DNA of 61,655 bases, counting the filler, from Choristocarpus tenellus KU-1152 (taxonomy: Eukaryota > Protista > Phaeophyceae): the NCBI GenBank assembly GCA_964200185.2. It is 9 parts of 9 records of this genome, joined end to end, with 100 filler letters (N's around TTAATTAATTAA, not from the genome) between each part and the next. Parts side by side here need not be neighbours in the genome. Positions count along the whole stretch, not along the records: positions 39,799 to 43,965 come from CAXNAD020015880.1; positions 44,066 to 48,276 come from CAXNAD020015674.1; positions 48,377 to 54,497 come from CAXNAD020008888.1; 6 more parts are not named here. One strand, written 5' to 3'. The notes beneath the pieces are model-generated. The model saw only the letters and a program-made list of their open reading frames with translations, was not told the DNA's origin and searched no databases. Below are positions 39,990 through 54,106 of this stretch, one piece after another (within the stretch, counting starts at the first letter, position 1; each line of letters starts with the position of its first letter). The position numbers were made by a program, and so were the translations under genes.

Positions 39990-40560
39990 GTTTGTTTGGT
40001 TGAGTGGGATTTGGGTTATAGGCAAACAGGGCTGCTGGTTAGAGGGTTTGTTGTCCCAGTGCTAGCAGGAAGAATGGTAAAACAGACCATGGTTTGTTTT
40101 TGTGTTTGTTTTTTGGTTAGTTTATTGTTTCTTGGGTTGCATGAGTTGGATTTGGTATGTACACAATGAAGGCTGTCGGTTAGGGTCTGTTGTCGCAGTG
40201 TTTGCATGAAGATTTTTAAAAGATACCATAAACTGTTTTGAGTTCATTTTTCCGTTAATTTGCTTGCATGTGTCGGATTTGGTATTTACAGAAACAGGGC
40301 TGTCGGTTAGGGTCTGCTGTCCCAGTGTTTGCATGTGGAATGAAAAATTATACCATGGGCTGTTTTGAGTTTAGTTTGTCATTTATATGGTTGCATGTGT
40401 CGATTTTTATGTATATATACAGGGCTGTCGATTAGGGACTCTTGTTGTAGGGTTTGCAGGAAGAATGATAAAATATGCCAAGGTTTATTTGTAGGCTAGT
40501 CTATTGTTTCTTTGGTTACACGAGTCGGATTTGGTATGTACACAAACAGGGCTGTCCATT
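39990..40560. repeat. Degenerate tandem repeat, about 125-140 bp unit, 4-5 copies
   Basis: Recurring ACAGGGCTGTCGGTTAGGG...TTGCATG...GGATTTGGTAT near 40024, 40165, 40292, 40418 and 40544. Confidence 0.8.
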
Positions 40561-41849
40561 AAATCGTGATGTGTTAGAGTTAGGTTAGGGTGAGGAAGGT
40601 CGACCATGGCACTGGTACGGAAGTTTGGGTAAGACGCATTGCGATTTTAGGTTGTCATGGGATGCAGATGGACTCAGTGTAAGGTTTATGTTAGTGTTAT
40701 TGTGCGGGGGTGGCGATCAAGGTCATTCGTCGAGTTCATTGTACGTCTTTGTCGTAGGCTCAGGGTCAGTGTTGTGGTTGGGAGTATTGGGCGAGGACTT
40801 CGGGGAATGTTCTTTGAAGGTTTTAAGGAGGATGAGATCGTCCTCCTAAAATGACACTTGGGCAAAGCATGAGATATAAGTGTGATTGCTGCGGAGGTAT
40901 TGGTGTAAGGAATTGGCAGGGTTAGGAAAAGGGTTGAACAACGGATGATCCGCTGTAGGAAACATTGGGGTTCGAGGCAGGGTTAGGTACCACAAAGAAG
41001 TAATTGTGCGATGATGGTTGGATCCTATGCCATGCATCGCAGTTAGGGTTATGATCGATCCTTCTCTACATTGTCGTGGAGAGTGGGTTCGAGGTGAAGA
41101 GGTGAACAAGTGTTGACGTAAGCTTGAAGTGTGAGGTTTACAATCATGGAGCATGTACGTGATATAATTATGTTCAGGCATTATTTGGAGATTAGGAAGG
41201 TGAACCCGAATATTGAACCGAAGCCATATTTTGGTAAGCGTCGATGGGTATAAGGAAGCGTTGTTGAGTTCACCAGAGGGACATAGTCAGGAAAGGGTGA
41301 TGTATGGTTAGTTTTGATGTTGTGCATAGAAGAATGAGAAGTAGAGGTGAGCTAGGTAGGTTCAAGAGAATAGTTAGAGGCTGGTAAGAAGATAAGGTGT
41401 CTAATGTAGGCCTTGGCGAAGTGTTTGGAAACTTGACCAAAAAGAACGAGAAGAGTTGGTTACAAACTATCTATTTTAGCAGTCTAGATCTTGGATTGGA
41501 CACACTTTGTTAAAAAAGAACAACATAAGTCTAACCCTCAAGATGAGTATCATATACGATGCACTGACACCTCCGACTAGTCCGCATGTATCCAATACCA
41601 CTGTGGAAATGCATAACCCATCGGATCGAAACTGCAATGAACATGCTATCCCAAACCTTCTAAGGTACAGTCTGGCCCGAACAAGTAACGCGACCCATAC
41701 TTCAAAGAAAAATTTGAAACGAACAAGGCTCTATTTTAATTGGTGAGCGGATTGGAACTGGCCTTCCTCACCCTTCTCCCACCATTCTACAAGTTTAGGG
41801 TAGGCCTCGGGTTAGTTGGTGCCAGAGGTTCAGTCGCATGGAATACCTC

Positions 41850-43399
41850 TCTTTCTACGGTTCTGGCTTCACCAGGCTCATGAATATTGCTTTCCTTGCA
41901 CGGAGGGCTTCCACATGCTCCGGACACGATGTGCTCTTCGGCTTTCCTCCATCACCACTCAGGTTTTTTAGGATTTCCACGTGTACATAACAGTGATCCC
42001 CTTCCTTGGACATGATTTTTGGCCGCTCTGCCGGACTTGACTAGTAGTCTGAAACCATCGTCTTATATATGACCTGGGTTAGGATCTGTGTGTGGATATG
42101 GTAATACGAAGATGCAGGTTTTGTCGCCGATCGGAGAAGTTCCGTCACGCACGCCTCCATGAAAGCTTCTGTTATACCCACAATGGTTGGATGGACTGCC
42201 TGAGTTGACCATTCCTGTCTGGTGCAGGGGTCATCACCATGTGCGGAACTATCCCCGTCGTCATCCTGGACCGCGGGATCTGAACCTTTTGAACCCAGTG
42301 TGTCTCTCTGCTGTGTTCTTTTGTTTGTCGCTGCTGTTTCTCCCTCTCTGTTCGTACTGGCGGAGGAAAATATGTTCGTAAAGAAGCTTTGTTGTCCTTC
42401 ATGACCATCATTTGCACGAGGCTGTTCGAAGGGTCTGATTCGTCCAACAGCTGTTGCCGACCTCTTCTTCCTATTGACCGAAGTTTTAGTCTTGTCAAGT
42501 TTTGCCTTCTTCGCCGAAAGTCTGTCTCTCAGCGAAGAACCTGACGATTTCCTCGTAACCGTAGGTTCCGTCAACTCCGCATGGATGGAGTTCCCATATC
42601 GCTCCTCAATCTCGTCATTCCTCTACCTTTTATCCGTTGGATCAAGATCGACAGACTCATCCCCACTGCTACCCACTGCATGGATGATTGGCGACAGTCC
42701 AGGGTCATTCCCCCCACGCATGGAGTCCGATTCTGTGTCTAGCACCTCCCCTACGTCTTCCTCGACATGTTTCTCTGAAGAAAACAAAACTCTAGAGCCT
42801 ATCGCCAGTAGAGTCGTCTTCCGAGGTTGGGGTTGCCTGGCAGCCCCCTTAGTGTGTCCTGCTCCTCACACCTTCTGTCGGGTTAGGCAATGGCATCTCC
42901 TGTTTCTCTTCATCACTACCGGGTTTGAGTCCTCCACTATCTTAAGGTGTAGATACGCCACCCTCTACCAGTATCTTAGAGAGTGCCAAATTGCAGAGGT
43001 GGAGAGGTTGTCGACGAGGAGTCGAATACAATCCGGGTCGTGATTGTCGCCAAGGACAGTGCATGTAATAACGATGACTTCTGGTTGGGTCTGGAGATTC
43101 GTGACCGCGTTCTCGTGGGCGACACACGTTTCTTCCTTGAAGTCATGAAGGTCGTGTTCGGACTTGGCGGTATTGTCCGGCGTAATAATAATGCTTGTGA
43201 CTCGGCTGACCTCTGTCACAGTACACGAGGAGGCAAATGACAAGGCGAAGTAGGAGGCACAGGACGAGGAGAAGGAGGAGACAGAGGAGGAGGCAAAGGA
43301 TGGGGAAAAGGACGAGGCAAATGGTGAGGAAAAGGAGGGAACAAAGGAGTTCGAGTGGTTGGATATATTTGGGTGGATTTTTGGAGCCCATAGCTCCAT
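41850..43399 (-). pseudogene. Long intronless decayed ORF, probably a retroelement ORF1/gag-like relic
   Basis: ORFs 43399-42965 and 42574-42041 share one frame, bridged by a few in-frame stops; no recognisable domain. Confidence 0.4.
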
Positions 43400-46300
43400 G
43401 TGTGGGTCGTATCAGTGAAGCGTTGTTGTCGTCATGAAGACGACGGTCTAGAGTTTTACCTGGAGACTGCGAGTTGACAACATGTGACGAACGGCAAAAG
43501 TTTCAAGGCGAAAGGCATAGGGAACACAGGAACACATTAATTTGAAATGCACAGGGAAAGCATGAATGGACTAAGTTGAGCTAGTCATAGGGAGAACATC
43601 TATACACCAGTTTGTGTTTGGCATAGGAGATGCAGTAATGCTGTAATTCTATATATTTTTTTGGACGGCAGAAGCCATCTATTTTAAAAGAATGGCAAAC
43701 GCGGGTGGTGTTCGTAGATAGTGCTGCTGGTACACTATAGACACCACTGGTGGAGTAGATTAGGAAATGGAGACACCATTGGTGGAGTAATGGAGGAAAG
43801 GTAGAGTCAGATATATGTTTCCGTATATTTCAGTTGGGCTCTACACATGTTTATGTATGGTAGTTCATGTATGGTACGGACCTGATATTTGATCATCAGT
43901 TGATGTATCATGTATGGCACGTATGATAAGTAGATATGATTATTTTCTGATTATCCATGTGGACGNNNNNNNNNNNNNNNNNNNNNNNNNNNNNNNNNNN
44001 NNNNNNNNNTTAATTAATTAANNNNNNNNNNNNNNNNNNNNNNNNNNNNNNNNNNNNNNNNNNNNCCTGCCGCTGCCTGCCTTGTGTGTAGAGTTGGGAG
44101 GATGCGTGTGCCGGGGGGGTGGGGGGGAGGGGGGAGGGGCTTGGCCAAGCAGGGGATGTGTGTGGGGATGGTGCCTTTTCCGATCAATGCAGTTGATTTT
44201 GCAGCCTTTTTGTGCCGCCGTTCGATTTTTGTGATTTATTTTTTTTCCTATCTTTAGCTCCTTGTCCGCTCGTGGACCAGGCTGGACCGATTTTTTTTTT
44301 TTTTACTTAAGCTTCCTTTCGTCCTCTTTTTTTTTTTTTTAAATTTCTTTCCCCACTTCTGTCCTACAAGGTTTTCTCGTTCCATTCGAATTTCTTACCC
44401 CACTTCATTTATCTCCTTGCAGTGCGTGCATGGTACACCAACAGGCACTGTCTTACACTTGCGACTGAGTGGGGGGCGGTCTCCGTTTTTTGAAGCTAGC
44501 TGTGCACGTTTTTTTGAGTTGCGTGATTGAACAGGGAGAAACGGGGTTAGGGTTAGGGTGTCTCTCAAGTCCATCTCTCTGTTGCATAGGTTTGATTATA
44601 TTTTATTTTAGCCTATCATGAAGGTAATGCTTTGTGCTACTTTTGCTTTTGTGTGTGGTGTATGACGGTACATGTTGTGACCCCCTGTAGAGGGCCGTCG
44701 GTAGGAAGAAGCTCTGGAGTAATGCTGTACGTCATGCCACCAGAGTAGGCTCTTCTATCATCTGCGCATGTGTGGTGGCTGTTACTATTTTAGGAAGAGA
44801 TGCGAGAAAGTAAACCTCTAGCCTGGACTATGGTGTGGCAGATCACACTTGTGGTATTTTGACCACTACTTTCGTGGATCGCCTGATTCTATTGATGGAG
44901 GTGTAGATGAGGTGATTGGTGGCTTTGGCTACACAATATTTAGTGTGATGTGTTGGTGTGCATGTACCTCCTGTGTCATGGATTGGGACAGCCACTCTTG
45001 AGGCAGGCGTTCGGGTTAATGGGACTGGCAATGGGACCATCGCTGCAGTGAATGTTGGAGGAGTGATGAGAGAGTTTTTTGTTGTTGTTGTGAATTTGTA
45101 GTTGCTATTGTGATCGACCTGTTGTTGCTTGTGTGTTTTGCTTGTTGTAATTTGTTGCATGGTTGTGTAGGTCGAGAAGGATGTGACTGGTATGACCATG
45201 AGTGAAGCCAACCACCTTAGAGGGGGGTCGATTTTGACCCTTTTTGATTTTCAAGGTCTTTTTGACCCTTGTGCAATATGCACTACCCCCGTACCTGAAT
45301 TGCAGTTACCCCACGTTTGTTGGGTGTGACTGCGGAAAAGATACACTGTGATCACACAGTGTTGCCTGGAAGTGCCCTCCTTAGCACCCACAACACATGA
45401 ACCGCAAGCAGTCATCAGTCATCGGGGTACTTTAAGCTCAACATCCCCCTCTTAGATGGTATTGCTCTGTTGTTGCTCTCCTTCCCTGTAATTCTTCCGA
45501 CAACCAATCCTCTTGGGTACTTCCTTGTTCATTGTTCAACCTGTGCCCTGTATGCGTGGGGAGGTGTGCCTCCGTTAGGCTATATGTGTAATGTCTGCAC
45601 CACCTTTTAGGTTGAAGAAGTGACTATGAGCTTGTCTTCACACTGTGCATGGTACTTTTTGAAGCTTCCCATTGTTTAGTCTCTGTTGCCTACGAGGAAC
45701 ACTTATAAAGCGCATTGCTCCTGTTATTATTTGTTACATTTTTCACTGTGTTCATACAATAGCATGTGGATGAATAGACTTTTTTTTGTTGGATTTCGAG
45801 TTTGCTTCTTTCGGGTAGCTCACGATGTTGCAGCCTTTTCTTTTTGATTGTACCAATCGATTGTAGAGCTCTGTGCTTTGCACACTGCACCAGATATAGT
45901 CAATGTGAGGTTCAAGAACTCATTTAGTCCCATCTATATTATTCAGAAACAAAAAAGAGTGGTTTAAAAAAGAGTCGACTTTGAACGTTCCATTATTATG
46001 ATTATTAGCATTGTGTTCAGTAGTACAGGCGCTTATCTTTTGACAGGGGAACAGCGCCCTCAACCAAAATGCAATTTAGTAGTAGCAGTAATCGTAATAG
46101 TAATAGTGCTGATAGTCAGGACAAGCATATATATACAAATAAATGGCCTCCCAGGATAACATATTATTTATTTAAATCCATCTATCTCCATCGTAATACT
46201 GCTATTTATTGATCAAACTACAAAAAAGTTGATTTGATGCAATATACTCATATTACTCAGGATGAAATACCGTAATTGTATACTACGTTGTAAATAAATT

Positions 46301-46654
46301 GTACATTGAAATATACGACTACGCATTAATACTATGTTTAGTAGGATGCATAAAGACCCATGATATTCTAGAGAGGAGGGTGTTTTGACCGGATTGAGTC
46401 GAATCAAACATGTTCTCAGGTTTTGCCCATTTTACATTTTTTTCTGTTTTTCAATCTTCATTACCAATTTCAAAGTTTGACTTTAGATGGTTTATTTCTC
46501 TATTATTTGAAAAAATTCCGACGCAATTAAGAAAATATCCTATTATCCACATTCGTGAAAAAAAGCCGAATATTGCACATATTTTTCTGCATCCTTATTA
46601 TGATGTAACTCTGGGTAACTCTCGTTTAATTTGTTTGACTCATTGTCTATTCGA

Positions 46655-46876
46655 GGCTTGATGAGGTATTGTACGATACTCCAGATTGATGCCGGTTTTG
46701 CGGCGGGTGATCATCGGATTCGATTCTAGCAGGGGGATGGAAAAGGAAGGTCCGCTTAGATGAAGGAAATTACCCATGCATCTGACATGTTCACTTAAAT
46801 GACATAAAGACCACTATAATAAGGCCACACAGACCCTGAAGGGACATCTGCCCCCCCCAGTAGGATAAAAGAGGCC
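46655..46876 (+). mobile_element. MITE family B, diverged partial copy
   Basis: Colinear with 36485-36701 (GGGGATGGAAAA...AGATGAAGGA...CATCTGACA-GTTCACT...TGACATAAA). Confidence 0.75.
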
Positions 46877-48460
46877 GATTATACGCAGAGCAAAATCACT
46901 CCCTAAGCAAACGCGCGCGAATAGAGATCGCACACAGTGAATTAAACAAAATTCACAGATAGTATTTGAATGTTCAAGGGATGCTTGATTCTCGTGCGTC
47001 CTGTCTCTATCTTGGCCCTTCACACACATAGTCTGGGTCAATTTCTACAGCAAATAGGTTGAACCATTACTCTGGGGAGCATTTGCATCAAGAAGGGGAC
47101 AAGAAGACGATACAAATAATTGAGAGGTTCATTGGTTGGTGGGTCTGTATTGGATTGAATGAAGATTGGTGCAGGTGATACCACTTGATTAATTGCGCGA
47201 GTCCCCACACTATAATGCCGTATCAGCATACAACCATGCAATAGTCAAATGCACATTATGCACAGAAGTAGTGGTAGTAGTAGTAGGGCGTTCCATTTTC
47301 ATTGTGTTGTATCCTTATGCCTTGAGAAATCAGAATTTAGTGCTAAGAGTTATCTCACATTTCAAGCGTGTAAGGTCCTCTATACTTTCTTTACCATCTC
47401 CAGAATTAGAACAGCAAAAGAGTTTGGTTAGGGTGTTGGTGCACTTATTTCTAATACTAATACGTACATTATTGCGATCGTCTACAACAGCAGTTATTGT
47501 TATTATAATAATGATGTGTTGTCTTCACATTGATCTGGGGGTTAACCCGAACTACGGTCACATATTTGAAATGTATCAAAAGAAAGAGTGCCTACCTAAG
47601 CAAGAGAGTAAGTAGGTTTGAATGAAGAGCCAAATTTCCCATTGACTCCTGGTCTCTATTTGACACCCTCTTGAACCCTTCTTAGTGAATATGCTACTAT
47701 TATTATATAGTACTATTGGACTTTACACAACAACAATGTTGGAGGGTCACTACATGAAACGGAATTTTCAAGAACAATGCAAGAAAAGTCAATTCTCCCC
47801 TTCCCCCCCCCCAAAAAAAAAGTAATACTACTACTACGATGTGATCCTGACGAACATACGCACACACACTTATACTGAGGCTCTCTATAAATTAAGTACA
47901 AGGCACAAACTATGAAGAGTCATACCCAATGCCCCCATTTGCATAAACAATGTGATGCAACAACAACTGTGCTAGTGAACTGGGTACAACAGTAAACAGC
48001 GTCTCGGCAAAATGGAGGATGGATTATTTCATGGAGGATGGATTTTATCCAAAATGGTGAGCCGAAAGTTCCCATATGTTTTTTTTTGTAAATGTTGCGG
48101 CACTTTTTAAGGGACCATTTTTGAATGGGATATATTATTGTTCAAAAAGATTTCGGTGCTTGTTGTGGAGGGCACCGCTACGATTCGGAAGCGACCTCGA
48201 CCAAGCCAAAGGTACAAGGACAGATGGGCCCCCCTTGGGGGAGCCGGTGACGGTTTTCGTATGCTTATATTAGGTANNNNNNNNNNNNNNNNNNNNNNNN
48301 NNNNNNNNNNNNNNNNNNNNTTAATTAATTAANNNNNNNNNNNNNNNNNNNNNNNNNNNNNNNNNNNNNNNNNNNNTTTTTTTCCAGGCACCAAATACCA
48401 CCCAACAACCCCCAACCCTATTTACATCCCCCCCCCCCCCCCCAACTGCATTCTCCACAG

Positions 48461-48831
48461 TTTGTGTTCATGGAGGACATTGCAAAAAATCCTTTAGGGA
48501 TGGTGGAAGATATCCTTGACTTCATGGGACTGAATCTGATTGACCAAGAGGGTAAAAATGTGAGTGTTCAAATTGAACCCTAACCCCTTAACTTTTTTTC
48601 CGTGACCTCATACTTTTGTAGAAACACCCTTTAGATCCTCAGGTGCACACACCTCCATTGCCAAAGTTACCCTAACCGCCAATTCTCCACGGCCCTAGCT
48701 CTATCTCCACCCTAAAATGGTTGTCTCACATCATCCTCCAGGGTCTGGCAAACCGCTCAGAGTGGGAGGACATTGTTGGTGTACAGTACAATTCAGCCAA
48801 GGAGAACGTGACTCGCGTTTTTGAAAGTCAG
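48461..48831 (+). CDS. Sulfotransferase-like gene, two internal exons
   Basis: Exons at about 48461-48559 (FVFMEDIAKNPLGMVEDILDFMGLNL..., matching the sulfotransferase xEDLxxxPxxxLxxIxxFLGL pattern) and about 48742-48831; both phase 0 with CAG/GT ends. Confidence 0.6.
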
Positions 48832-49094
48832 GTGATAAGCGTGGGTCAAAGGGTTCATGAATTGATGTTTGACCTTGGGATGGGCGGCAAAGGTGGAGGG
48901 GTTGGGCAGGTAGGTGCTGTAGTCCATGGCTCCCTTGGTATTGTAAACTCTGTTTCTGATATGTCGATATCATGTCCGTCAGTGCGTAATTGCAGCTGCT
49001 GTACCTCTTTGCGGTATGGTGTCAAAAAGCGCTACTCTAGAATGATGACTTCTTCTTTTTTTTTAATCAGGCCTTGTCTTTTTTTTTGGCGGCT

Positions 49095-49345
49095 GAGTGA
49101 AAGTATCTTAGAGGATACGATTTTTGCCCTGTTTGTCCATATGGGACTAGGCTTTCCACAGGTGTTTTATTCTTTTTGCCTACTCCGACATGTTTCGGAG
49201 TAGGTAAAATTTGCACGTGATGAAAAGGTGTGTCCGGAACAAGGATATTGACGCTTCCTCAAAAACATGATAGTCAAAATTACATCAAAATCGGAACATT
49301 CGAATTTGACCCCGAAATGGACGCGGCTCTAAGATACTTTGGCTC
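49095..49345 (-). mobile_element. MITE family A, full copy
   Basis: TIRs present (small internal deletion); 4-bp TSD GGCT. Confidence 0.9.
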
Positions 49346-52300
49346 GGCTGAGTTGACAGTTGCCATGAAGTATCTTGTTGCCGCCACAAATATAGTGATA
49401 TAAAAATATGTGGTTAACAGTTTCGGCATGTTGATGTACATTGAAGAAAATGTTGACACTTGAACTTGAGCCGACAATGTTGTGAGTTTTTGGTGTTTGG
49501 TGGTTACATGCCGTTCTACTGATCAATCCTTTTCCAGGCAGGTTAGAGCAATTACAAACAATACATGGCGAGCAGGTACAACCTTACGGCACGTTAGCAT
49601 ACCTACCGCAAGAAGTCAACAAAGACACAGTCCATACATACCTCAACCTGGATTTCTTGTTTTAAGAAATTGAAAGAGTTTTGATGTATTTAGAGTTTGT
49701 GTGGTTAGGTGGTTCTCCTGCATTGTGAGTTTTTTAGTCCCCTTCTCCCCTCTCCCCTGCCCCACGACACAGCAACACAACCCCCTCTCCAACACAAACT
49801 ATGGGTGAGGCATATATATCTTGAGGGTAGCATACCAGGAGTGAGGTAGAATCTATCCACTTGAGATAATATCATAAGTTTGAGTAGGGTTAGGGTGGTT
49901 TGGGTTAGACGCTGGAGCACAACCCCTCAAAGTTACTTCTAAATATTGCATTGATGGTTATGGGTTGTATTGGTGTGATCTGAATGAATGGATGAATCCA
50001 ACATTCAAGATCTTGTTGCGGTTTGTTCTGACCACCACCATCTTCCGCTGTCATCTCCTCCCTCAAAATGCAAAACACATTCATGACCCCCACAGTAGCA
50101 ACAAGACGAGGGGACTGTCTCACACCGACTGACCACCCTTCTCGAAATGAGAGTTCAGTTATTATTTTTGTTGTTGATGATGATGTTGTGATGTACCTTT
50201 TACTCTTCTATTTTCATATTTTTGGATGTAAGGTTTTTCATGTGATTTTGTGAAGTATATCTGTAACTTTATGTGTGCGAGCAGGAACGAAATAATAGCA
50301 TCGTGATTGTTACTGATATTTTCTTCATTTCTGAGTCGGGGTCATTAAAATAGTATTTACTTTCTTTCATGACATTAAATATATTATTTAAACGTTGCCG
50401 ACGTTGCTGCTCATCAAAATCAGAATTTCTTCATAGAACAATTTCTTCGTTCTTTGCTTTAGGGTGAGGACTCTCCCGACCCATGGTCAGAGGCGCTACA
50501 ACAACTTGCACGACTACTTCTTGTATGAAGAAAGTACTCTCATCTAGCTGCTGCACTATTGTCTGATTGTACTGCCTCTGTTCCTGACTTACTCATCCCA
50601 CACTGGGTTCAGTCGTTCCACCACGGTCCCTCTGTCTCATCCCTAGAATCTTGTGTTGGATCCGCAAAGACACCGCTCTATGATGAAGCCTTCCCACCTT
50701 GTTTGGGGCGTTATTTTCCTAGCGTGTTTGTGGTATAGCAACTACAATTCGTGGTGCCTGCAGCATTGACTTTGGTTTATCAAAAACCGGATCAACCTGA
50801 AAAGAAATGTGACTTCAAGGAGGTTCAAACCCGAACGTATATGTGCAATAAGCACTATCCATTTAACCACTCAGTTTTTAAGTTGAATATTGTGGGGTAT
50901 CAATTATCTTGCAGGTTAGCGTGGTTGAGAAACTGTTCCTATCTTTCTGGTCTTTGGAATTGTTGCCAACCTGAGGCCCATACACACCTTTGACCCGCAG
51001 AGGCTATCGTGCATCACAGCCTATCTCTTCTTGAATATGTTGGTATATGGTCACCTTGATACGATCTGTAATGGGTGAGATCCGAAATCGATTTTGAAGA
51101 GTAGTCCCTAAGTGATATCCGCTCTTTGTGTCTCTTGCAAAGGTGAGGTGGCGCGTTTTTTGACGTTTTCAGGTTAAGTTGCCAAAAGACCTGAGAAACG
51201 ATTTTTTTGTAATCCTCACCGACATTCACAACAGATGGTGTGTGCTCCTGAGTAGATCTTTTAAGTAGTGAAAAAAATAGCTGTGCATCATGCACTGTTT
51301 TTAACTATGCACTAATTAATAAGCCTTTAGACTTTTCATTACTTGTTTATTATGTATGGTCCCACTCCCCTGAGTCATGGTGAATGTTTGGATGTATTGA
51401 ATCGTTTAGTGATGAGCTAATGACACAGATGACCACCTGCCCTGCCAAGCACAAATGAGCGTAATTCCTCTGACACTTCCCCTGACCTATATGTTGACTT
51501 TTGTTCTATAATATGCTGCACCTGCACTATCCAGAACACATTAGATGTAACAAAGAAGCTTGCGTCATTCTATGAGCCATACAACCGGGAATTGGAAGAT
51601 CTTCTGGAGATACACCCACTCTACCCTCCAAGATTGTAGTTTCTTTTCCACCAGGATTTTTTTTGCCTTTTAGGACTCCACATGGAGTTAGGTGATGGTG
51701 AAAGGATGTGTTTCGACCACGACCCTGTTGCCAACGTTTCTTTCCGAGAGGGTAGATCCTCAGGCCGATATTGTTCAAGGTAAGGCTCAGCCCAGACCAC
51801 AACCCATTGCTAGTGTTTTTCAAGTAGGTAGGGGTCAGACCTTGAATGTTTTGACCGGGTCAACTCGATGTGAAAGTGTTTCTGAAAGACATGATCCACT
51901 CTTGAGCTGCAGAGGTTTCTGAAAGTAGTTTCAGTCTACAATGCAACCAGGTTTAGATATTTTTGTTGAAGGCCCGATACTGGGCCTTCAACTATTATAA
52001 TTTGGACCTTGGCAGGTTTAGGTGTCTGGTCAGGTGAAAAGTCGTACTTTTCTTTCTGTCTTCCTGCTTGAACATTAGAGTGAAGCTCACAAGCAGTCAG
52101 GTGTGTACACCGTATGGATTGTATAACATGCTGGTGTGTAGTGTGCATGTATACTAGCGGAGTATATGTAAACGTAAGGTGTGTCAAGATTTGTGCTTGG
52201 ATACTGCAGGGATAGAATGGTTCAGTGAACAACATTGGATTGAGTTTTGTTAGGTTAAAAATACTAGTTTACTAAATAGCTGAAAAGGTTGGTATATTAT

Positions 52301-53847
52301 TCTAGGGCTCTTGGAATAGTTATCATGGCTTAAACAGTACGTCTAATATATTATTCTAGGGTTGTTGGAATAATTGGCACATACGTATAATAGAATGAAC
52401 CTAGGATTGTTTACCTTGATCTTATAGATAAGAAGATAGGGTAGCCCTACCTCGGGCAACCTGCTCACTCGCCTAACACCTGGATAGGTAATAACTATTA
52501 ATACAGATCAATGGAAATGGGAATCAATCGTGAGTATAATTTCACTTGACATTCTAGCTAGCAATGTCTTTTGAGGTAAATATGACAGAGCAGTAAGCAG
52601 GGACAAGCGTCATTCCTGTTGAGGAGGTCGCCCTACAAGGGCTTGACCACCTACAAGGGTTTGACTAGAACTTGCTACAACACAGAAGCGTGATGAGAGG
52701 AAGAGGGAAAGGTGATCTTGGATGAGTTCATCAGGATTCAAAGGACATGAAACTGGTGGACAACCGCATGCTTCAAGGTGTTCACTGGGGAACAGAAAGG
52801 CACATTCTCCACATGGAAAATGGATAACCAAACTCATACATTAGTAGGGGGATAGCTGGACCCCTGCACACGAATGAATATCTCTGGACAGGGGACTGGG
52901 GATTTAATGAAATGGAGAACAAGTGGACATCCAGTGAGGCAGACGGACTTCGCCATGTCTGCTCTATTTGTAAGTATGAGAGGAGTGGCAAAAAAGTTGC
53001 ATGTAGCCATAGATCGCCGAGTGGAGCCCTTTAGGCACTATGGCAGAGATGTATGTGCCTGACACAGCTATGGACAGGAATAATCTGCGTTAAGAAATCG
53101 GCAAGCAGACATTAGTCGAGGGGGAAGACCCTTCTCAGCTGTTTGTGAGGATGGGTGGGCGATGATGTTGGATCTGGAGGGTATGGGAGGAAAATTGGAC
53201 CAGAATGAAAGATCAGTTCTTCTACAACCTGTGGGAGGCATGGAATATGTGGATGAATGAGATCTGTGGAGTGAATGACGGTGGTAGGGTTGGCCACCAT
53301 AGAGGATCAACTGTAGTTGAAGAGTCTGCCTTGCGAGAGTTGAAACCTTTAGGTTAGGTGAAGACAAGATGTCCATCCTCAAGATCAGAAGAGTTTGGGC
53401 ACTTGCACAAGAAGGGTGAAGTCGTAGTAAAGAAATGGATGTTTGGCATGCTGGGAGTGTGGAGGTAACCACCATGCCATCCAGTGCCTCAGAATATTGT
53501 GAGAAATGTTTCGTTCATGGACGGACTGGTCACAAGCAATGAGTGCAACAAGCATGGGAGGGCCGGGCATTCGGTGAGAGGTTGGAGTAGGGGCAGAGGC
53601 CAAGGAAAGAGTTCTGGGCAAGGAGGAAAAGGAGATGATAGTAGTGATGAGGGTGCTGGACAGGAGGACAGTTCACCATGACTGGGGAAGTACTCTGACA
53701 ACAGAATGAGTTATCATGGTTACAAAGCCAGCTCACCATAATGCAGTCTCCAAGGATAAAAGTTCTGATGTTACACATTATTGGGTATTGTTAAGCAGTA
53801 TTTGACGATCTGTTGTCCCAGACATCCAGTTGTTTTATTGTTTAACT

Positions 53848-54106
53848 TGTATCAGAGTTGAGAAAAGAGTAAGACACCATCACCAGATGGGGCCCACCAA
53901 TCCTTGCAGTAAATGACTCAGAATACCGAATGACTCAACAGTTCTCTAGCACAGGTCAGAAACACTCCGAATCTAACTTTCCGCCAATTTCTTCTGGTCA
54001 AATACCCTAACCCTAAATATCCTTAATGTCCCGCATCATCGTCTGTGCGTACATAAAATAATACTTCGAATCTTATTCTCACAAATGGTCTAACATAATC
54101 TTGACA
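53848..54106 (+). repeat. Dispersed ~260-bp repeat, possible solo LTR (second copy about 57518-57783)
   Basis: Two colinear, highly similar copies on different contigs; the first has TGT...ACA ends. Confidence 0.75.

Noticed and set aside
50764-50822. IDFGLSKTGST as a kinase DFG or sulfotransferase PSB exon
   Set aside because: Immediately followed by a stop, and it cannot be joined confidently to a gene model.
52600-53750. LINE retrotransposon relic
   Set aside because: Composition is coding-like, but no RT or endonuclease motif could be identified by eye.
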